Positions 30,552-40,000 of a stretch of 64,000 bases of DNA are shown here, piece after piece (position 1 is the first letter of the stretch; each line of letters begins with the position of its first letter). The notes beneath the pieces are model-generated. The model was not told where the DNA came from. It did not search any database and saw only the letters and a list, made by a program, of their open reading frames with translations. The stretch comes from an uncultured SAR86 cluster bacterium (lineage in GTDB: Bacteria; Pseudomonadota; Gammaproteobacteria; Magnimaribacterales; D2472). The stretch is from the NCBI GenBank assembly GCA_902631785.1, contig CACOZT010000004.1, positions 8,047 to 72,046 on the forward strand. Direction: 5' to 3'. The position numbers were made by a program, and so were the translations under genes.

Positions 30552-31670
30552 GTGATTAAAAGTATTAGCGTTGAAAGCATGTTAAGAGGCCTAGATGGAA
30601 AGCTTGGGGAAGATGATTTCTCTAAACCACTGGAGATTCTTATAAATTCAGCAAATAAAAATAACGAATTCAATCTATTTGGTTCAATTGCATTTAAGAA
30701 TCAATTACGAGATCGACTTAAGATGAGGAGCAAATTATACGAATTTACAAAGGGTAAGGATTTTCCCTCTCCTTCAAGTCCAGTTTTTGTGACTGGACTT
30801 CCAAGATCTGGTACTACTTTTCTTTTCAACTTACTAGCCTTAGACAAAAATCATAGATCGCCAAGATATTGGGAAATAATGTCACTAATGCCTTTAGTGA
30901 AAAATGATTTTGATATTAAAAGGCGGGAATTAAAAATAAATGCTGAACTTCAGTTTGCAAGAATTATTATTCCAAAATTAAGAAATATGCATCATATTCG
31001 AGCAAACTCTCCAGAGGAATGTGAATTGCTAGCAACAATCAATGTCCGAAGTTTCGTATATATGTGTATGGCAAATGTTCCTGAGTATGTCGAGTATTTA
31101 AAAGATTGTAGTTTTGAGTCTGTATTCAAATGGCATAAAAAATTCTTTCAAGTTCTTGAAATAAACGGTAGGCCAAAAAGATGGTTATTAAAAGATCCAA
31201 GTCATATCGGGCATATATCAGAAATATTATCTGTTTATCCAAATGCTAAATTCATTAATATTCATAGAAATCCTATAGAGTCAGTTGGATCTTTCTGCAG
31301 CTTAGCTAAAAACATAAGGTCTGCATTTTCAAAAAATATAAATCCTCAAGAAATTGGAGATTCAATCATGGATTTTTGGCAACATAATCTTGAAAAAGGT
31401 ATTCATTCAAAAAAAGAACTTTCTTCTGATCAAATTATAGATATCAGTTATACCAATTTTATAAATGATCCATTAACAACCATTAAGAATATTTATAGTA
31501 AGTTTGGATTTGACATGGATATCTCCACAGAGAATGAGATTGAAAGTTATCTTTTAAAACAATCTAAATTACAAAAAGAAAAACATTCTTATTCTTTAGA
31601 AGAATTTGGATTGAGTAATGAAAAAATTGAATATCATTTTAAAAATTACATAATGAGCTATGAATTTTGA
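30552..31670 (+). CDS. Sulfotransferase family protein
   Basis: PVFVTGLPRSGTT PAPS loop, PEEC, RWLLKDPSH, IHRNP. Confidence 0.88.
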   Translation: MIKSISVESMLRGLDGKLGEDDFSKPLEILINSANKNNEFNLFGSIAFKNQLRDRLKMRSKLYEFTKGKDFPSPSSPVFVTGLPRSGTTFLFNLLALDKNHRSPRYWEIMSLMPLVKNDFDIKRRELKINAELQFARIIIPKLRNMHHIRANSPEECELLATINVRSFVYMCMANVPEYVEYLKDCSFESVFKWHKKFFQVLEINGRPKRWLLKDPSHIGHISEILSVYPNAKFINIHRNPIESVGSFCSLAKNIRSAFSKNINPQEIGDSIMDFWQHNLEKGIHSKKELSSDQIIDISYTNFINDPLTTIKNIYSKFGFDMDISTENEIESYLLKQSKLQKEKHSYSLEEFGLSNEKIEYHFKNYIMSYEF

Positions 31671-31704
31671 TGATAAAATTACATTTATAATCTAAGGCAA
31701 ATAA

Positions 31705-32319
31705 TTGAAAATTAAGAATCACACAATTTATTTATCTTTTTCACTTTTACTAATGCTAAGTTCATGTGTTGATGTTAATGAAAATGATATAGCCACTAAT
31801 ATTTTGGAGAAAAAAATGACGTTAGTAACAATAAAAACATCTCATGGAGATATTCAACTTGAACTTGATGGCGATAAAGCACCTATTACAGTTGAAAACT
31901 TCAAAACAATAGCTAGCTCTGGATACTATGAAGGAACAATATTTCACAGGGTTATTAATGGTTTTATGATCCAGGGTGGTGGATTAACAGCTGATATGAA
32001 CAATAAGTCAAGTGGCACTAGTCCAATACAAAATGAAGCTAATAATGGCCTTTCTAATGATAGAGGTACTATTGCAATGGCAAGAACTATGGATCCTCAT
32101 TCTGCTACAAGTCAGTTTTTTATCAATCACAAAGATAATGGGTTTCTAAATCATACCGGTGAAACATCACAGGGATGGGGTTACGCAGTTTTTGGTAAGG
32201 TTACTGAAGGTATGGAAGTAGTTGATAAAATTGCCGATGTACCAACTGGTTCATCTGGGGCATATCAAGACGTTCCTGAAGAAGTTATAACCATTGAGTC
32301 TGTTACTATTAGTGAATGA
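31705..32319 (+). CDS. ppiB: Cyclophilin peptidyl-prolyl isomerase (alternative start at 31816)
   Basis: [37 protein letters not shown]; upstream of lpxH. Confidence 0.93.
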   Translation: MKIKNHTIYLSFSLLLMLSSCVDVNENDIATNILEKKMTLVTIKTSHGDIQLELDGDKAPITVENFKTIASSGYYEGTIFHRVINGFMIQGGGLTADMNNKSSGTSPIQNEANNGLSNDRGTIAMARTMDPHSATSQFFINHKDNGFLNHTGETSQGWGYAVFGKVTEGMEVVDKIADVPTGSSGAYQDVPEEVITIESVTISE

Positions 32320-33026
32320 AGCCGCGCTTTATATCAGATATACATCTAAGCGAAAATAATCCTCATTTAACTAATGCTTTTAAAGTATTTCTAAATGAAT
32401 CTAAGGAAGCTTGTACTCATCTTTTTATATTAGGTGACTTATTTGAAATCTGGATTGGAGATGATGATGACAATTCTTTCATTCAAGATATAAAGAAAAC
32501 TCTTATTGGTTTTACTCTAGATGGTCCTGAGACATTTCTAATGCATGGCAACAGAGATTTCTTGATTGGTAAAGCTTTTGCAGATGAGGTTGGGATTTCT
32601 ATATTATCTGATCCTTATACATTGGACATTAACGGTATGAAAGCAATCTTAAGTCATGGGGATTTCTTGTGTACCGATGATTCTGATTACATAGAATTTA
32701 GAAATAAGGTTAGATCTGAGGCATGGCAGAAAGATTTCTTATCTAAAAGTATTGATGAGAGAAATGAAATCGCAAACTCATTAAGATCTGATAGCAAAGA
32801 TGCTACTTCTGAAAAGTCTCTTGAAATCACAGATGCAAATCTTGAAACAGTAAATAATTTCATTCAAGAAAATAAGCCAGATATTTTTATTCATGGTCAT
32901 ACACATAGGCCAAAAATACATGAACATAATTCAACTAAAAGAGTTGTTCTAGGAGATTGGGATAAGTTTGGTTGGTATTTTTCTATTGAAGAAAGTAATC
33001 TAAATTTAAAAGAATTTAAAATCTAA
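32316..33026 (+). CDS. lpxH: UDP-2,3-diacylglucosamine diphosphatase
   Basis: [36 protein letters not shown]. Confidence 0.95.
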   Translation: MKPRFISDIHLSENNPHLTNAFKVFLNESKEACTHLFILGDLFEIWIGDDDDNSFIQDIKKTLIGFTLDGPETFLMHGNRDFLIGKAFADEVGISILSDPYTLDINGMKAILSHGDFLCTDDSDYIEFRNKVRSEAWQKDFLSKSIDERNEIANSLRSDSKDATSEKSLEITDANLETVNNFIQENKPDIFIHGHTHRPKIHEHNSTKRVVLGDWDKFGWYFSIEESNLNLKEFKI

Positions 33027-33052
33027 AAACAGCATTGTTTTAAACTCAAATA

Positions 33053-33072
33053 TACTGTATATTTATACAGTA
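33053..33072 (+). promoter_or_regulatory. LexA (SOS) box upstream of umuD
   Basis: TA-CTGTATATTTATACAG-TA, near-consensus CTGT-N8-ACAG, overlapping a TATACT -10-like hexamer. Confidence 0.93.
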
Positions 33073-33085
33073 TTTAGTAATTCCT

Positions 33086-33514
33086 ATGAAAGTTGACTAT
33101 ATCGGAAAAATTTCTGAAGAAAATCTGCCGGCAATATTTGTGCCCTATTTTCTTGAATCAGTCCATGCCGGATTCCCCAGTCCGGCAAGCGACTATATTG
33201 AAAGTCCTATAGATTTAAATAAGCATCTAATAAAAAATGGTGCTGCAACTTTTTTGGTCAGAGCTCAAGGACAATCTATGGTTGGTTCTGGTATTACTGA
33301 CCAAGCAGTTTTAGTAGTAGATAGAAGCATCAAACCATCCCATAACAGTATTGTGGTTGCAACAATAGACGGCGAATTTGTATGCAAAAGATTGAAGCTC
33401 AAACCAAGAATGTGCTTAATGCCAGATAATCCTGAGTACCCTCCTATCTTCATTAATAGCGGACAAGAATTAGAGATAGTAGGAACTGTAACTGCAGCAA
33501 TTAATAAATTCTAA
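33086..33514 (+). CDS. umuD: DNA polymerase V subunit UmuD
   Basis: HAGFPSPA cleavage site, GQSM Ser and CKRL Lys of S24 peptidase. Confidence 0.94.
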   Translation: MKVDYIGKISEENLPAIFVPYFLESVHAGFPSPASDYIESPIDLNKHLIKNGAATFLVRAQGQSMVGSGITDQAVLVVDRSIKPSHNSIVVATIDGEFVCKRLKLKPRMCLMPDNPEYPPIFINSGQELEIVGTVTAAINKF

Positions 33515-34776
33515 TGGCTTTTGCTCTTGTTGACTGTGAAAGTTTTTATGCGTCTTGCGAAAGAATTTTTCGTCCAGATCTAAAGAATACTCCTATTGTT
33601 GTTCTTTCTAATAATGATGGTTGCGTCATAGCAAGAAGTACAGAAGCAAAAAAAATGGGAATTGGAATGGGTGTTCCGTGGTTTAAAGTTAGAGAATCTT
33701 TCCTTAAACAGAATGGAAAAGTGTTTTCGTCAAATTTTACATTTTATGGAGATATATCTGCCAGAGTGATGAATATACTTGAAGGATTTGTTCCGAGAGT
33801 TGAGATATACAGTATTGATGAAGCCTTTTTAGATTTAGATACTTTAAAACAGAATTATGACCTTTATGACTTTGGTTGTCATATAAGATCTTTGGTGAGG
33901 CAATGGACGGGAATCCCAGTTCGAATAGGAATAGCTCCGAATAAAACTTTAAGCAAAATTGCTATAAATGAAATCAAAAGAAAGAATATACCAACGTCGG
34001 TTATTTATTTATCAGACAAAGAGCAAATTAGAATTGCTCTAAAACACACTCCGGTTGGTAAAGTATGGGGAGTTGGGAGGAGATTGAATGATCATTTAAA
34101 CAATGCCGGCATCAATACGGCATTAGATCTTGCAAACATAAGTCCACAGAATATTAGAAAAAAATTTAGCATAGTTTTAGAAAGAACAGTGAGAGAGCTG
34201 AGAGGCGAAAGATGTCTTGATATAGAGGATGATATCTCATCAAAAAAACAAATTGTTGTAAGCAGAAGCTTTGGCGAAAGAGTATCTAATTTAGAAACGT
34301 TAAAACCTATAGTTAGTAATTTTGCTGTTAGGGCAGCAGAAAAGTTAAGAAGTGAAAAACAAAAATGCTCTCAAGTTTCTGTTTTCGTAAGAACTAGCCC
34401 TTTTAATAAAAATAAACCTCAACACTCAGACTTAAAAACAATTGGACTTATTACTCCTACGAACGATACTAGAGATATTCTTACAGCAGCGAAAAAAGGA
34501 TTATTGCCTATCTTTAGATCTGGATATGATTATGCAAAAGCAGGAATAATCTTAAACAAATTTACTGGTGAGCATATTAAACAATATTCTTTGTTTAAAG
34601 ATCCTAATGATCCTAAGCAAAATACCAGATTAATGAAGTATCTTGATCGAATGAATGCTTATGAAACTCAAATTTACTATGCATCTCAAAATACAAAAAA
34701 ATGGTCACCTATGAAACAAAACATGACTTCACCTAAGTACACAACTAATTGGTATGACTTACCAAAGGTAAATTAA
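33514..34776 (+). CDS. umuC: DNA polymerase V subunit UmuC (Y-family)
   Basis: LVDCESFYASCE, VLSNNDGC, YSIDEAF, SPKYTTNW; TAATG-coupled to umuD. Confidence 0.95.
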   Translation: MAFALVDCESFYASCERIFRPDLKNTPIVVLSNNDGCVIARSTEAKKMGIGMGVPWFKVRESFLKQNGKVFSSNFTFYGDISARVMNILEGFVPRVEIYSIDEAFLDLDTLKQNYDLYDFGCHIRSLVRQWTGIPVRIGIAPNKTLSKIAINEIKRKNIPTSVIYLSDKEQIRIALKHTPVGKVWGVGRRLNDHLNNAGINTALDLANISPQNIRKKFSIVLERTVRELRGERCLDIEDDISSKKQIVVSRSFGERVSNLETLKPIVSNFAVRAAEKLRSEKQKCSQVSVFVRTSPFNKNKPQHSDLKTIGLITPTNDTRDILTAAKKGLLPIFRSGYDYAKAGIILNKFTGEHIKQYSLFKDPNDPKQNTRLMKYLDRMNAYETQIYYASQNTKKWSPMKQNMTSPKYTTNWYDLPKVN

Positions 34777-35121
34777 ATGATAAAGAAATTAAATAAACAT
34801 CGAACTTTAAGAGGCGGTATGTGGCCTAAATGGTATAAAGATTCATCAGAGTACACCAAGTTAAGCTTTCATGTATGGGACATTTATTTTATGTTGAGAG
34901 AGTTAGAGAGCAGGTTAGAGTTTAGTGCTCTTAGATTAAAACATGCAATACGCTTTCATAAGTCCAAACAAAAGAGAGCTGAGTTAAGGTTTCAACAAAG
35001 AATATTGAATGAGCACTTGAATCAAATTAGCCAATTATTAGAAAAAAATAATGATTTAAGAAAATGGACTTTTGAAAAAGAGCATGAAGTAAGTTGTTTT
35101 GATTATGATTCTTATGATTAA
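34777..35121 (+). CDS. Hypothetical protein immediately downstream of umuC
   Basis: 114 aa ORF starting 0 bp after the umuC stop and filling the gap to the next gene; no recognised motif. Confidence 0.65.
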   Translation: MIKKLNKHRTLRGGMWPKWYKDSSEYTKLSFHVWDIYFMLRELESRLEFSALRLKHAIRFHKSKQKRAELRFQQRILNEHLNQISQLLEKNNDLRKWTFEKEHEVSCFDYDSYD

Positions 35122-35142
35122 GTATTGTTAAATTTATAGTAA

Positions 35143-35517
35143 CTAGCTTAAATCGATTGCAAAATCTTTTAAAATCTCGATATCCACAATGCTTAAAGCT
35201 TTTTTATTAGTTCTTTTAAGATATATTTTAGGTGCAAAACCACATTCATATGCTTCTTTCCACCTTTCAGCACATAAACACCAAGAATCACCTTCTTTTA
35301 GGCCAGGGAAATCAAATTCTGGTCGTGGAGTAGATAAATCATTGCCTCTGCTCTTTGAGAATTCTAAAAATTCTGAAGTTACTTGAGCGCATACAACATG
35401 AAGACCTCGATCGAGTTCATCAGTCCGACAAAAGCCATCTCTATAAAAACCAGTTATAGGATTTGAACAACACTCTTCAATAATTTCATCGAAAACATTA
35501 GTTTGATTCTTTTTCAT
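35143..35517 (-). CDS. DUF2237 family protein
   Basis: PITGFYRDGFC, HVVCA, GNDLSTP, PGLKEGDSWCLCA.RW. Confidence 0.88.
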   Translation of the reverse strand: MKKNQTNVFDEIIEECCSNPITGFYRDGFCRTDELDRGLHVVCAQVTSEFLEFSKSRGNDLSTPRPEFDFPGLKEGDSWCLCAERWKEAYECGFAPKIYLKRTNKKALSIVDIEILKDFAIDLS

Positions 35518-35695
35518 CTAATTCTTTTTTATATTTTTCATAATCTTCCCAGTCATGAGGAGTTCCAACATTTTGAATTCCTTTCATCGCCCTAAATAAA
35601 CTTTTTGTTCTTAGCGATGTAGAGTCTTCTTCTTTTCCAAAGATTTTATTCCAACCGACCTTAAAAAATTTTACAAAATTTTTCTTGTTAGCCAT
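35498..35695 (-). CDS. Small hypothetical protein
   Basis: 65 aa ORF overlapping both neighbours; GAGGA SD. Confidence 0.6.
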   Translation of the reverse strand: MANKKNFVKFFKVGWNKIFGKEEDSTSLRTKSLFRAMKGIQNVGTPHDWEDYEKYKKELDEKESN

Positions 35696-35952
35696 TATTC
35701 CTCATCTTCAAATTCACAAGACATCTTTGCGACAACTTCACCTTCGACTCTTAGATTAACTTTTGCCCTTCCTTGCATAGTTCCAGTGACAGTACATTGT
35801 TCAATACTTTCTTCAACAATAAGACGAACGATTTCTTTTAATTCATTTATCGATAACTCACTTACCGTTCTTTCATCTGATTTATCAGAAGCAAATAAAA
35901 TGTTTGGAACTAAAAAAATTAGTAAAAATAAAAGTTTCATACATGACCTCAT
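35695..35952 (-). CDS. Small exported hypothetical protein (start may be 35940)
   Basis: Signal peptide MKLLFLLIFLVPNILFA; two Cys in the mature part. Confidence 0.65.
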   Translation of the reverse strand: MRSCMKLLFLLIFLVPNILFASDKSDERTVSELSINELKEIVRLIVEESIEQCTVTGTMQGRAKVNLRVEGEVVAKMSCEFEDEE

Positions 35953-36001
35953 TTGGTTTTAATATAATGATATTAAATCATACATTTAAGAGATTAAAAA
36001 A

Positions 36002-36322
36002 ATGGATAAGTCAGAAATTCTTTTCAATGAAAAATGCTCAATATGTAATTATGAAATAAAGCATTACAAAAAAAGATCTAATTTAAATTTTGTAGACTGC
36101 AGTGAAATGGATGATAAGTATCTTAAAAAACTCCATGTGAGATTAGATGACGGTTCAGAGATTTCAGGAGTAGACGCCTTTATATATGTTTGGCAAAGGA
36201 CTGAGGGATATGGCTGGTTAGCAAAATTTGTAAACCTTCCTTTTGTCTATCAAATATCAAAAATAGGTTATTCATTTATAGCTTTTATTCTTTTCTATAG
36301 ATATAAATTATTCTCTAAATGA
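36002..36322 (+). CDS. DCC1-like thiol-disulfide oxidoreductase (DUF393)
   Basis: N-terminal FNEKCSIC, LHV, GVDAF..VW. Confidence 0.78.
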   Translation: MDKSEILFNEKCSICNYEIKHYKKRSNLNFVDCSEMDDKYLKKLHVRLDDGSEISGVDAFIYVWQRTEGYGWLAKFVNLPFVYQISKIGYSFIAFILFYRYKLFSK

Positions 36323-36345
36323 GAATGATAATCAAAATAATTATC
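36321..36345. promoter_or_regulatory. Two overlapping Fur boxes upstream of the ferritin-like gene
   Basis: GAGAATGATAATCAAAATA (15/19) and GATAATCAAAATAATTATC (16/19) versus GATAATGATAATCATTATC, offset by 6 bp. Confidence 0.72.
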
Positions 36346-36432
36346 ATTAAAAAAATACCTTATATCAGTAGTTTACAATGAATATAATTTTACTATAATC
36401 ATACTTTATTAGTGTATTTGGAGTAATATTAT

Positions 36433-36873
36433 ATGAAAGTTGATCAAATAGATTCGCAGAAAGTTTGCAATGTTTTGAATGAAATAATGGAATATGAATT
36501 AGCAGGAGTAGTTCGTTACACCCACTCCTCAATGATGGTAAGCGGTCCTTACAGATTGCCTATAGTTAGTTTCTTAAAAGAACAGGCAGCCGAATCACTT
36601 TTACATGCCCAATTGGCTGGAGAAAAAATTGCTGGGCTAGATGGTCACCCCAGTCAAAGGATAGCAAAAATTGAGGAGACTAATAGACACACTATTAAAG
36701 ATATTCTTGAAGAAAGTTTAGAGCATGAGTTATATGCATTAAGTCTCTACAAAAAATTATTAGATTACGTTGAAAATAAATCTATTTACTTAGAGGAATA
36801 TGCAAGAGCACAAATTGGTGAAGAGGAGCAGCACTCATTAGAATTAAAAATAATGCTTAAGGATTTTAGTTAG
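36433..36873 (+). CDS. Bacterioferritin-like / ferritin-like diiron protein
   Basis: ELAGVVRY, ESLLHA, EEEQH ferroxidase-type ligands; GGAG SD. Confidence 0.85.
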   Translation: MKVDQIDSQKVCNVLNEIMEYELAGVVRYTHSSMMVSGPYRLPIVSFLKEQAAESLLHAQLAGEKIAGLDGHPSQRIAKIEETNRHTIKDILEESLEHELYALSLYKKLLDYVENKSIYLEEYARAQIGEEEQHSLELKIMLKDFS

Positions 36874-37315
36874 CTTCTTTAAAATATCTTTCAAAATGAA
36901 CTTCTGAAAGTTCGCGAAGCTCGTCATTAATTTCATCTTTAATTGTCTTTGGATCATAACTAACTAAATTTTCTATTCCAAAATCAGTTAAGTTAATAGG
37001 TTGTGATCCAGCTGCTCTGAATAAATCAAAAATCCAAGTTAAAGGATCGAGAGAGTGATTAAAATTTATTGCTTTTTCATCTAGCTTCGAAGCAAACAAA
37101 TTTGCATCAATTATTTTAAATCTTCTTTTTAAGATTTGAATTTTAAATTGTTCTAGTCTTAAATTAATAATTTCTCTTTCTTCGGGTGAGTATTTTGTCC
37201 ATGAAACTATTTCATGAGCAAAACGTTTACAGCCCTTACAGACCTCATCACCAAATGTTGTGGAACATATCCCTAGACATGGAGTTGATGAACGTTTTTT
37301 TTGTAATTTAGGCAT
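36866..37315 (-). CDS. DUF1289 domain protein (Cys-rich, putative Fe-S)
   Basis: TPCLGICSTTFGDEVCKGCKRFAHEIVSW. Confidence 0.82.
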   Translation of the reverse strand: MPKLQKKRSSTPCLGICSTTFGDEVCKGCKRFAHEIVSWTKYSPEEREIINLRLEQFKIQILKRRFKIIDANLFASKLDEKAINFNHSLDPLTWIFDLFRAAGSQPINLTDFGIENLVSYDPKTIKDEINDELRELSEVHFERYFKEAN

Positions 37316-37420
37316 TTGTCTTAATAATAACCGATTTTTATAGAAAATTTTGCTAAATTGCCCTTATTTAGTGGCTATCTTTGGCCATAAGAGTAAAATA
37401 TGCCCATCGGAGACCAGACG

Positions 37421-40000
37421 ATGTTAAATAACTATAAAAAACACGTTGAGGAAAGGGCTGAACAAAATATACCGCCCCTACCCTTAGACGCCGATCAAAC
37501 ATCTAAACTTGTTGAACTTCTCAAATCAAAGCACAAAGAGAGTGAATTGCTCCTCTTTCTATTAAAAGAGAGAGTTCCAGCTGGAGTAGACCAATCTGCA
37601 TACGTAAAAGCTGCATTCTTAGCAGATATAACTACTGGAGAGGCTTCAAGCCCTTACATAAGTAAGAAAGAAGCAGTGCAAATACTTGGTACTATGCTTG
37701 GAGGTTACAATATCGAGCCACTTATTAAATGTCTAGAAATTGAGGGTCTCGGTGATGAGGCTGCAAATGCCTTAAGTCAAACTTTATTAATTTTTGATGC
37801 TTTTAACGAGATTTTTGAACTCTCAAAAAAAAATAAATATGCCAAAAAAGTCATAGATTCATGGGCTCAAGGTAAATGGTTTACTGATAAAGCTGATATT
37901 CCTGAGCAAATTAAACTTACTGTTTATAAAGTACCAGGTGAAATAAATACTGACGATTTATCACCAGCTACAGATGCATGGTCTAGGCCGGATATTCCAC
38001 TTCATGCCCTAGCCATGTTCAAGATGCCAAGAGAGGGTTTGGATCAACCTCTTGAAACTATAGAAAAGTTAAAAGAAAAAGGAAATCCGTTAGTGTTTGT
38101 TGGTGATGTTGTAGGTACTGGATCATCAAGAAAATCTGCAACCAATTCTGTTCTATGGCATATGGGTGATGAAATTCCATGCATTCCAAATAAAAAAGAA
38201 GGTGGTTTCTGCTTTGGTGGCAAAATTGCTCCAATATTTTTTAATACTTTAGAAGACTCGGGTGCATTTCCCATAGAAATGGATGTTACTAACATGGAAA
38301 TGGGGCAGGAAATAATATTAAAACCTTTTGAAGGCAAAGTCATTGATGCTAATTCAAATGAAGTCATTACTGAATTTGAATTAAAGACAGATGTTATCCT
38401 TGATGAAGTTAGAGCAAATGGAAGAATTCCGTTGATTATAGGAAGGCAACTCACAGACAAAACTAGAGAGGTGCTTGGTCTAGAACCTACCAAAATCTTT
38501 AGAAGACCCGACTCAAAAGATGGTTCAAAAAAAGGATATACCCTTGCACAGAAAATGGTTGGTAAAGCATGTGGTATTGATGGAGTAAGGCCTGGGGTTT
38601 ATTGTGAGCCAAGAATGACAACAGTTGGATCACAGGATACAACTGGACCAATGACTAGAGATGAGCTTAAGGAATTAGCATGCCTTGGATTTTCGTCAGA
38701 TCTGGTAATGCAATCATTTTGTCATACTGCTGCATATCCAAAACCTGTTGATATTGAGACACAACATACGCTTCCTGATTTTATTATGAACAGAGGTGGT
38801 GTATCACTTAAACCAGGCGATGGAATAATTCATTCATGGTTAAATAGAATGTTAATACCTGATACTGTTGGAACTGGTGGTGATAGCCATACAAGATTTC
38901 CTATTGGTATAAGTTTTCCAGCAGGTTCTGGTTTAGTAGCGTTCGCAGCTACTTTAGGAGTCATGCCTTTGGATATGCCAGAATCAGTTCTCGTTAGATT
39001 TAAAGGAGAAATGCAACCAGGAATCACATTGAGAGATCTTGTTAATGCAATCCCTTATGCTGCTATTCAAAAAGGATTACTGACTGTTGAAAAAGAAGGT
39101 AAGAAGAATGTATTCTCAGGTAAATGTCTTGAGATTGAAGGATTACCTAACTTAAAAGTTGAACAAGCTTTTGAATTATCTGATGCTTCAGCTGAAAGAT
39201 CTGCATCAGGTTGTACAGTTCGTCTTAGCAAGGAACCAATAATTGAATATCTTGAGTCAAATATAATAATGCTTAGATGGATGATTGCCAGCGGGTATGG
39301 TGATGAAAAAACTATTGAAAGAAGAGCCCAAGCAATGGAAGAGTGGATAAAGAATCCAGTTCTCTTAGAGCCTGACAAGGATGCAGAGTATGCTGAGATT
39401 ATCGAAATCGATTTAAATGAAATAAAGGAACCACTTTTGGCATGTCCTAATGATCCAGATGATATTAAAACGCTATCGGATGTTTGTGGAGATAAAATTG
39501 ATGAAGTGTTTATTGGTTCGTGTATGACAAACATTGGGCATTTTAGAGCAGCAAGTCACCTCCTTAAAAAATATAATGGTACAAAAGCAAAATTATGGAT
39601 TTCTCCTCCAACAAAAATGGACGAAAAACAATTAAAAGATGAAGGTGTTTTTGAGACATTTGTAAGCTCAGGTGCAAGAACAGAGTTACCTGGGTGCTCT
39701 CTATGTATGGGCAATCAAGCACGTGTCATGGCTGGTGCTACTGTCGTATCTACATCTACTAGAAATTTTCCGAATAGACTTGGAGATGGAGCTAATGTGT
39801 ATTTGGCATCAGCAGAGTTAGCAGCTATTGCCTCCATTGTTGGAGAACTTCCAACCCATGAAGAATATATGAAATATATGAATGAAATAAATCCACTCTC
39901 GGGTGAAATTTATAAATATTTAAATTTTGATGAAATTCCAGCTTATGTTAAAAGTGCAAATTCCGCTGAGATACCATCAATTAATATTGTTAACCCCTAA
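37421..40000 (+). CDS. acnB: Aconitate hydratase B / 2-methylisocitrate dehydratase
   Basis: Start at 37421 (GGAG SD); [47 protein letters not shown]. Confidence 0.97.
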   Translation: MLNNYKKHVEERAEQNIPPLPLDADQTSKLVELLKSKHKESELLLFLLKERVPAGVDQSAYVKAAFLADITTGEASSPYISKKEAVQILGTMLGGYNIEPLIKCLEIEGLGDEAANALSQTLLIFDAFNEIFELSKKNKYAKKVIDSWAQGKWFTDKADIPEQIKLTVYKVPGEINTDDLSPATDAWSRPDIPLHALAMFKMPREGLDQPLETIEKLKEKGNPLVFVGDVVGTGSSRKSATNSVLWHMGDEIPCIPNKKEGGFCFGGKIAPIFFNTLEDSGAFPIEMDVTNMEMGQEIILKPFEGKVIDANSNEVITEFELKTDVILDEVRANGRIPLIIGRQLTDKTREVLGLEPTKIFRRPDSKDGSKKGYTLAQKMVGKACGIDGVRPGVYCEPRMTTVGSQDTTGPMTRDELKELACLGFSSDLVMQSFCHTAAYPKPVDIETQHTLPDFIMNRGGVSLKPGDGIIHSWLNRMLIPDTVGTGGDSHTRFPIGISFPAGSGLVAFAATLGVMPLDMPESVLVRFKGEMQPGITLRDLVNAIPYAAIQKGLLTVEKEGKKNVFSGKCLEIEGLPNLKVEQAFELSDASAERSASGCTVRLSKEPIIEYLESNIIMLRWMIASGYGDEKTIERRAQAMEEWIKNPVLLEPDKDAEYAEIIEIDLNEIKEPLLACPNDPDDIKTLSDVCGDKIDEVFIGSCMTNIGHFRAASHLLKKYNGTKAKLWISPPTKMDEKQLKDEGVFETFVSSGARTELPGCSLCMGNQARVMAGATVVSTSTRNFPNRLGDGANVYLASAELAAIASIVGELPTHEEYMKYMNEINPLSGEIYKYLNFDEIPAYVKSANSAEIPSINIVNP

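Noticed and set aside
30491-30673. 61-aa N-terminal extension of ArsC in the ORF track
   Set aside because: Overlaps the divergent sulfotransferase; family begins at MNILFLC (30490)
33086-34776. umuDC as marker of a mobile element (rumAB/mucAB type)
   Set aside because: No mobility genes or boundaries nearby; composition looks like the rest of the window
37400-37420. Earlier acnB start, and similar long starts for asd, trpF, leuB and the 13991 ORF
   Set aside because: Downstream ATGs have SD or coupling and match family N-termini
38044-39534. Long antisense ORFs inside acnB (and similar ones in uvrB, aroC, truA, lysC, topA, prpB)
   Set aside because: Ser/Ile/Phe-rich mirror frames of conserved genes with no motifs
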